Assembly (NCBI GenBank): GCA_942493095.1
Contig: OW818675.1
Location: 960,001-992,000, forward strand
Length of the DNA stretch: 32,000 bases
Source of the DNA: Candidatus Electronema halotolerans
GTDB taxonomy: Bacteria > Desulfobacterota > Desulfobulbia > Desulfobulbales > Desulfobulbaceae
Direction of reading: 5' to 3'
Below are positions 26,970 through 32,000 of this stretch, in pieces. The notes beneath the pieces are model-generated. The model searched no databases and was not told where the DNA came from. It saw only the letters and a program-made list of their open reading frames with translations. The translations under genes were made by a program, and so were the position numbers. Within the stretch, counting starts at the first letter, position 1, and each line of letters starts with the position of its first letter.

Positions 26970-28545
26970 TTATACTGCGGCATCGGGGATAAAAGGACTT
27001 CCAAGGAAAGCATCTTTGATCGCTTCAAAAATGTTTCTTGAATTTTTACGGACCGTGGAGATATATCCCCGGATACAGGCGAATCGTTCTGCCCCCTCAA
27101 GTGTTCGGAAGCAGCCGGAAACCTTCTGCTTGACCTTGATCATCCGCACATCTCTTTCCGCCGCGTTGTTGTCGAACGGAACCCGGAAATCATACATGAA
27201 TGCGAGGGTCTCCGCCCTGTAATCACGCATCCGTGTCAGCAAATTGAGCGGCGGAGTCTTCTTCACCCGTCCTCGTTTTTTCTCCTTAGGGTACCTCGAA
27301 AAATACCGATTTTGCCGAAGGCGTGATCGAATAATCAGACATTTACAACGCAACAACTGCCAAAAATACCAATTTTTCGAGGTACCCCTTAGGCGGAGTG
27401 AACGGATTGTCCGCAAAACCCCGTCGGACGATTTCATCATACCGCCGCTCAAATTCTTCGATCTTCTCCGGCGTGAAGCCGTCCCGATCCGGCTTCAGCT
27501 TTTCAGCCGCGCCTTTTATTTCAAGCAGCAGCTCGGCCATCTCGCCGGCCCAAACTTGTCCGTACTGTTTTTCTATGAACTTGAGTTCCCGGAGATGATG
27601 CGCATTGCACAGCGCATGACCGCAGTTTTCATAGCTGAAGTACGATTTCCAATGATCATGCGTCGCTGTTCCTGTGAACTTTCCAAGGATTCCCGCTGCG
27701 TCCATCGCCTCTTTTCCCCGTTTTTCATGCACCGAATAAAGGGTGAGGCAGTTCGTCGAAGCGACATGCAGCCAGTGCAGCTTCCCTTTCACGCGGACTC
27801 CGCTTTCATCGGCATGTAACACATCGGTATTCATGAGCAGTTTTTCGACTGCTTCCGTTGAAGGACGCACGCATCCGCAAAGCTCTTCCGATGCCTTCAG
27901 CAGCGAACCCTCGGAGACGGAATGCCCGGTCAGGTCTTCGATAATCTGCGCAGCCCGTTCAAGCGGAATATGATGCTGGTTCGCGAAATATGCCGCCCAA
28001 GTTTTCACCCCCGTGCCGTAACGGATGCCCTGTCCGACGTTTTCCGGGAATTTGCCTCTGTTTTCCGTGCCGCAGCCGGGACAGATTTTTATTTCCGCTC
28101 GATGCGAGGTCACTTCAATCCGAATCGCCGGAATATCATAAACCTGCCGTTCCTCCTCTCCGACAGCGACGACATCCGCAAGCGACATTTTGCAAGCCGC
28201 GCATTCCTCGGATTTATACCTCTCCGTAGAATCCGGCGCCGCAGACCGCTCAAGAGTATGCCCTTGATGACCTGGCTGGCCGCCGTTCGGCTTCCTGCCG
28301 GACTCTCTCAGACTTTCCGTTCGCTTCGCTTTACCGTATCCATCGCTCGAAGGCGGTTTCCCGCTGTTCCGACTGTTTTTCGACAGCCGGGCCTGCAAAT
28401 CCTTCAATATCTCGGACTGCTTGGCTGACTGAGCGGCGAGGTTTTCAACCTGCGCAGTTATACTGCTAAACAGGGCGACGACCGCTTCTTCGCCTTCTGC
28501 GTATGCAGCACGGACTTCTTTTTCACTAGGAACACTGAAATTCAT
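26970..28545 (-). pseudogene. IS66-family transposase split by a 97-bp insertion
   Basis: ORFs 27343-28581 and 26970-27452 carry consecutive IS66 transposase regions (zinc-ribbon-like CAACK...CPGCG, HADESG, CNAHHLRE, then [24 protein letters not shown]). Removing 103 bp (element plus one repeat copy) joins ...PFTPPK to [12 protein letters not shown]... in frame. Confidence 0.85.
27289..27385. mobile_element. MITE-like 97-bp nonautonomous element
   Basis: It has perfect 15-bp terminal inverted repeats, GGTACCTCGAAAAAT and ATTTTTCGAGGTACC. These are flanked by the direct repeat CCTTAG (27283-27288 and 27386-27391). It has no coding capacity. Confidence 0.7.
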
Positions 28546-28560
28546 AACGGCAGCATAATC

Positions 28561-28609
28561 TTTACCTGTTGATTTTGTCAAGAGGCTTGGCGGATGCCTG
28601 AGTAGTTAC
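28561..28609. repeat. 49-bp IS66 end sequence, copy 1 (part of the IS)
   Basis: tttacctgttgattttgtcaagaggcttggcggatgcctgagtagttac is identical to 28878-28926. Confidence 0.9.
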
Positions 28610-28610
28610 G

Positions 28611-28874
28611 ATTCAGTATCTGAATATCTATAACTGCAATATTCCTCAAAGAAACCTCGGCCATGTCACGCCGACAGAGGCACTTGACAAATGGAGAAAA
28701 ACACATCCTGATTTGTTTAAAAATCCGGAATGCAATCATCCGGGTCTTGACATGCAGTGTGATGTTCATGATGACAAACCGGGCTGTTCATGTTCTGACA
28801 ATATCTCGCTGATCCGCTCCCGCGCTCGGAACAACGGCCAGCTCCTTCTCGGTATATTATCATACGGGGCTTGA
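28611..28874 (+). pseudogene. 3'-terminal remnant of a DDE (rve-type) transposase/integrase
   Basis: The frame reads IQYLNIYNCNIPQRNLGHVTPTEALDKWRKTHPDLF... to a TGA at 28872-28874. YN...(R)P(H)..Lg..TP.Eal is the conserved C-terminal integrase-core motif. The remnant is truncated at its 5' side by the IS66 end. Confidence 0.4.
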
Positions 28875-28877
28875 CAG

Positions 28878-28926
28878 TTTACCTGTTGATTTTGTCAAGA
28901 GGCTTGGCGGATGCCTGAGTAGTTAC
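28878..28926. repeat. 49-bp IS66 end sequence, copy 2 (solo end)
   Basis: An exact direct repeat of 28561-28609 with no transposase attached. Confidence 0.9.
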
Positions 28927-28954
28927 AACTGCGGATTCAATTGCAAAATGCCAT

Positions 28955-28983
28955 TTGACAAATGTTCGAGGGAGGAATACAAT
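28955..28983 (+). promoter_or_regulatory. sigma-70-type promoter candidate for the DUF3859 gene
   Basis: TTGACA (28955-28960), a 17-nt spacer, then TACAAT (28978-28983), about 130 nt upstream of the ATG at 29111. Confidence 0.5.
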
Positions 28984-29110
28984 ATTTAAAATCAGATTGT
29001 CTCTGCGGCTGCAGCAGATAATTTTAACAACTGGAACCAAGTTGAGGAGAGATGTTATGAATCAGAATTACAAGGAAAAATCAAAATGCATGGTATTGAA
29101 AGGAGAGAAA

Positions 29111-29611
29111 ATGAAAAGAAACATCTCGTATGTTTTTTCCGCTTGCTGCATATTCTTTTTTACAGCGTTGATTGCGCCTCTTGCTGATGCGAAATCAGAA
29201 ATTATTAGTGCTAAGGTTGTTGATTATGGAATTATTGAGCTTCAGACGACGGCATCTACTGAACAGCCTGATGATGTAATAATCAATCAATTAGCCACTT
29301 CTACAGAGAGAATACCTGCCAAGATCGGGACAAGTTTCGGAATCATTTTTAAAGTAGATGGTCCTCCTGATGGAGAATTTATCGACCTGACTGCAAATTG
29401 GCTATTTCAAAAAGATGGTGTCAAAAATCCTGAAAGTGGAGAATTTTTACATCAGGCTACAGTACCTTTTAAAGCTAATATCGGCAAGCTGTCTTTGCAA
29501 TATGCAACTTTTGACTCTGCGAATGACTTGGTTCCTGGCAATTGGGTAATTGAAATATGGCATCAAGAAAGAAAACTCTGTGAGAAAAAATTCGAAGTGT
29601 ATATGCCCTGA
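29111..29611 (+). CDS. secreted DUF3859-like protein
   Basis: Signal peptide MKRNISYVFSACCIFFFTALIAPLADA. The remainder (IPAKIGTSFGIIF...GNWVIEIWHQERKLCEKKFEVY) resembles DUF3859. AGGAGAGAAA SD. GC is low. The ATG at 29111 is chosen over the 28955 extension. Confidence 0.6.
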   Translation: MKRNISYVFSACCIFFFTALIAPLADAKSEIISAKVVDYGIIELQTTASTEQPDDVIINQLATSTERIPAKIGTSFGIIFKVDGPPDGEFIDLTANWLFQKDGVKNPESGEFLHQATVPFKANIGKLSLQYATFDSANDLVPGNWVIEIWHQERKLCEKKFEVYMP

Positions 29612-29689
29612 TGCTAAAAGTCGCGTCGCTCTTCGATGAACCGGATGGAATCTACTGATTGCCCTGTCTTGCAGGCGGCTTGTTGTGAA

Positions 29690-29720
29690 GGGTGCGCCCC
29701 GCGCACCCTGTTTTTTCTTT
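29690..29720 (+). terminator. rho-independent terminator after the DUF3859 gene
   Basis: GGGTGCGC ccc GCGCACCC is followed by TGTTTTTTCTTTTT. Confidence 0.75.
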
Positions 29721-29827
29721 TTCCATTCCATCCTCTCTTCCTAAAAAAACTGCTTGCCTTTTCACCTCTAATGCCATCCTACAGTAGAATTTCAACAGCA
29801 AAAAATGAACTCAGCTCTGCTAAAAGG

Positions 29828-29856
29828 TTGACACCTTATGCGGGGGTGGGTAATAA
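29828..29856 (+). promoter_or_regulatory. sigma-70-type promoter candidate for the small-peptide array
   Basis: TTGACA (29828-29833), a 17-nt spacer, then TAATAA (29851-29856), about 60 nt upstream of the ATG at 29919. Confidence 0.45.
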
Positions 29857-29918
29857 TTAATTGATTTCAGTGACGGGCGCAGCAATTCATCAATTGACCC
29901 TAAAAAAGAAGAAACATC

Positions 29919-30047
29919 ATGAAACGCAACACCAGCAGAAAGACAGACCGCAAGACTCTTGCCCGGAAGACCGACACGAAAGGGAAAAATTTTCCGGTCT
30001 CGATTCGCAGCGATATTAAAGCAGGAATAGCAATGGCCATTATATGA
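29919..30047 (+). CDS. small basic peptide, paralog 1 (42 aa)
   Basis: MKRNTSRKTDRKTLARKTDTKGKNFPVSIRSDIKAGIAMAII. The first 38 nt are identical to paralog 3. Not in the ORF track because it is under 60 aa. Confidence 0.55.
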   Translation: MKRNTSRKTDRKTLARKTDTKGKNFPVSIRSDIKAGIAMAII

Positions 30048-30170
30048 AAGAGAGGTTCCGGTTCAGTTTCATTGCCAACTGAGCCGGATTCAGGAAAAGA
30101 GTCAGTTTATACTGAACAATACGTCCGGTCAGAACACCGAAAACAGTCAATCCATAAAGGGAGAATCGTT

Positions 30171-30293
30171 ATGAAAGATCGCACCAAAAAGACAGACCGC
30201 AAGACCGTTGCAGCGCAGAAGAACGAGAATAAAAACCGAAAGGGCCTTCGTACCGGTGTGAAAGCAGGAAAAATTGGCTGGCAGCCCGTTTAA
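30171..30293 (+). CDS. small basic peptide, paralog 2 (40 aa)
   Basis: MKDRTKKTDRKTVAAQKNENKNRKGLRTGVKAGKIGWQPV. AGGGAG SD lies 7 nt upstream. Leader differences from paralog 3 are mostly synonymous. Confidence 0.65.
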   Translation: MKDRTKKTDRKTVAAQKNENKNRKGLRTGVKAGKIGWQPV

Positions 30294-30295
30294 AC

Positions 30296-31781
30296 GTAAG
30301 CGATCACAGGGTACCGCTCAGACCCAGCTTAAATCCGGCATCTGTCCTCTGAAATAGCAGCGCATGGCCTCGGTGAGCACCTCGAAAGTGGATTTTCCCC
30401 GAAGCAGGCATGTCTGCCGGAGGGAAAGGATTCGTTCAACCCAGCGGTTTCCCTTGTCGCTGTCAGTGCCCTGACTCCGTTTGCGCCACAGCACGCCGAA
30501 GCGGAGCATCCGTTCCGCTGGATTATTTGTCGGCTCTACGCCTTCTTCGAGCAAGAAAGTGAACAACGCCTCCATTTCCTTGTCAATATGACGGACAAAC
30601 CTCCCCGCATCACTGTCGCAATCGCGCCAGCGTAGGATAAGTCGGCAGAGCCGGGCATAAAATGCGGACCATTCACCTTTGGTCGGCGGGTCTTTCGCCA
30701 TGCGGCAGAGCCGCCGCAGTTCCGCAGCGGCCCATTTGCCGCAGGCGGCCAGTTCAGGGTCAGCGCGCTCCGCAAGGCCGTCTGCCCGGCGGATAAGATG
30801 CGCGAGGCAAGTCTGCCGCTTGCCGACCCATTTTTGGTACACGTTGTATCCGTCGCTGATGAGAATACCGTTCCAAGCACCGATCAGTTCTTCAAAGGCT
30901 TCCTTAGAGCGTTTCGGATGAATCATGAAGAACGCGGCCTGCCGGTTCGCCATAACCCATAACCAGCGCAGCCTGCCGCCAGTTTTCCACGTTGTTTCAT
31001 CAACATGTCCGATATCCCCGCTTGTGACGGCAGCCCGGACGGCCTCATAGTGCGGCGCGACAGCCGCCGAAGCCCGGTCAATGATCTTCTGCACCGCCCC
31101 GGCGCTGATAGGAACGCCGAGCACGGAACGGATGAATTTCCGCACAGTTCCCCGGCTGCTGCCGTCCATGCCGCTCAGTTCGGCAACCAGCGCGGTGAAC
31201 CGCGCCCCGAAACCGGTTCTGAATTCATCGGGAACACAGCCTCTGACGGTTTTGCCGCAGGCGGCGCATTCCCCTTTATAAAGAAGGAAATGCCTGACCT
31301 GCATCACGATTTCCGGCAGTTCAATATGCTGATGCGTATAATATGACCGTATGTTTTTGAATTTGCCGCAACCGCAGGAGCAGGCGGAAGGATACATTTT
31401 TTGCGTTTCTGTCGGCGGCATCAGCTCCTGACGATATCCACGCCGCTTTTTCCGGGGCTTCCCCGCCTGATCTCTCTGCCGTTTTTCTGTAAACGGAGAG
31501 TCGGAAGAAGGCGGCCTGTTCGAGTTCGAGGAATCTTCGCCGAGTTTCGCCTCAAGCTCTTCGACCCGTTTTCTCAGCCGCGTTACCTCAGCGATCAAAA
31601 AAGACAGCAGCTTCCGCACCGCAGGAGGTGTAGCGGCAAGGTCTTCCTCGCTTATCTCAAAATTTTCACGATGGAACGGGGCGGTCACAGCTTTCTCCTG
31701 CGGAAAAAATTACTGCTCACAATTTATCCAGTTGCGATGCCAAGCGCCAGTGTTTTTTAGAGACACCCTGTGATCAGTTAC
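30296..31781 (-). mobile_element. intact IS66-family insertion sequence (single ORF) with 8-bp target duplication
   Basis: IRs are GTAAGCGATCACAGGGT (30296-) and ACCCTGTGATCAGTTAC (-31781), matching at 15/17. They are flanked by GTTTAAAC at 30288-30295 and 31782-31789. Confidence 0.9.
30318..31688 (-). CDS. IS66-family transposase
   Basis: N-terminal coiled coil (RKRVEELEAKL), Cys clusters (CSCGCGKF, CAACGK), HVDETTW, CLAHLIRR and TNNPAERMLR motifs. GTG start with AGGAGAAAG SD. Confidence 0.9.
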   Translation of the reverse strand: MTAPFHRENFEISEEDLAATPPAVRKLLSFLIAEVTRLRKRVEELEAKLGEDSSNSNRPPSSDSPFTEKRQRDQAGKPRKKRRGYRQELMPPTETQKMYPSACSCGCGKFKNIRSYYTHQHIELPEIVMQVRHFLLYKGECAACGKTVRGCVPDEFRTGFGARFTALVAELSGMDGSSRGTVRKFIRSVLGVPISAGAVQKIIDRASAAVAPHYEAVRAAVTSGDIGHVDETTWKTGGRLRWLWVMANRQAAFFMIHPKRSKEAFEELIGAWNGILISDGYNVYQKWVGKRQTCLAHLIRRADGLAERADPELAACGKWAAAELRRLCRMAKDPPTKGEWSAFYARLCRLILRWRDCDSDAGRFVRHIDKEMEALFTFLLEEGVEPTNNPAERMLRFGVLWRKRSQGTDSDKGNRWVERILSLRQTCLLRGKSTFEVLTEAMRCYFRGQMPDLSWV

Positions 31782-31862
31782 GTTTAAACTCTCGCTCTTT
31801 TTCTCCTTGTGTCGGCTCTGCTCCGGCACAGGGCAACACAAACTCTGTTCATAAGGAACACT

Positions 31863-32000
31863 ATGAAACGCAACACCAGCAGAAAGACAGACCGCAAGAC
31901 CGTTGCAGCTCAGAAAAACAACAAAAATCGAAAAGGACTTACGACTGGGGTAAAAGCAGGTCGTTGGCCCCTCTTTATTCCTGTTTCCTTCGCTGGCCCT
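31863..32000 (+). CDS. small basic peptide, paralog 3 (partial, runs off window)
   Basis: MKRNTSRKTDRKTVAAQKNNKNRKGLTTGVKAGRWPLFIPVSFAGP... AAGGAA SD. No stop occurs before the window end. Confidence 0.6.
   Translation, partial: MKRNTSRKTDRKTVAAQKNNKNRKGLTTGVKAGRWPLFIPVSFAGP

Larger units (their letters stand above)
26906..28609 (-). mobile_element. IS66-family insertion sequence (single-ORF type), transposase inactivated
   Basis: Terminal inverted repeats are GTAACTACTCAG at 26906-26917 and its complement CTGAGTAGTTAC at 28598-28609. They enclose an IS66-like transposase. The flanks (tgttcacc / gattcagt) show no direct target duplication. Confidence 0.8.

Noticed and set aside
28578-28769. 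63-aa minus-strand ORF in the IS scar
   Set aside because: It starts inside the integrase remnant on the opposite strand and runs into the IS end. It has no SD and no recognisable similarity.
29636-29860. 74-aa ORF between the DUF3859 gene and the peptide array
   Set aside because: It spans the DUF3859 terminator hairpin and the predicted promoter, and has no SD and no recognisable motif. It is probably intergenic.
18246-30293. Resemblance between GIKEG in the 18.4-kb precursor leader and (V/I)KAG in the 30-kb peptide family
   Set aside because: It is a five-residue, low-information match. The leaders are otherwise unrelated and the loci are 11 kb apart with housekeeping genes between them.
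1-32000. CRISPR arrays, tRNA, rRNA and riboswitch-like leaders
   Set aside because: I saw no regularly spaced short repeats. No intergenic region has cloverleaf-compatible or known riboswitch sequence features. Intergenic regions are short except in the IS-rich part.

Overview
This is a GC-rich chromosomal window from a Gram-negative bacterium. Blocks I hand-counted in ordinary genes run about 54-58% GC. The gene content (waaA, an NtrY-like kinase with a sigma-54 activator, class II ilvC, efp, ftsK, manB) suggests a proteobacterium or Desulfobacterota-like organism, but that is inference only. Positions 1-15.3 kb and 20.6-26.8 kb hold ordinary housekeeping genes plus a degenerate hicBA pair. 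No rRNA, tRNA or CRISPR was recognised. Two accessory regions stand out. (1) Region 15.3-20.6 kb lies between rsmI and ftsK and is bracketed by a 107-bp direct repeat copied from inside ftsK. It holds a translationally coupled minus-strand operon: a 58-aa Cys-rich precursor-like peptide with a strong SD, a radical-SAM/SPASM enzyme fused at its C-terminus to a PqqD/RRE domain, an HprK-related P-loop kinase, and an S24/S26-fold peptidase with Cys at the nucleophile position. An NTP_transf_5 nucleotidyltransferase lies upstream, separated from the operon by a frameshifted vapBC module. GC drops abruptly from about 54% to about 32% inside the radical-SAM ORF, within the PqqD domain, which suggests a recombinant chimera. 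I regard this as the best candidate for an undescribed RiPP-type system. (2) Region 26.9-32.0 kb holds an IS66-family element whose transposase is split by a 97-bp MITE-like insertion, a duplicated IS end flanking a DDE-integrase remnant, and a low-GC secreted DUF3859 gene with its own promoter and terminator. It also holds an array of three paralogous small ORFs with a conserved basic N-terminal region (mostly synonymous differences) and hypervariable hydrophobic tails. A second, intact IS66 copy with an 8-bp TSD interrupts that array. The array runs off the window edge.
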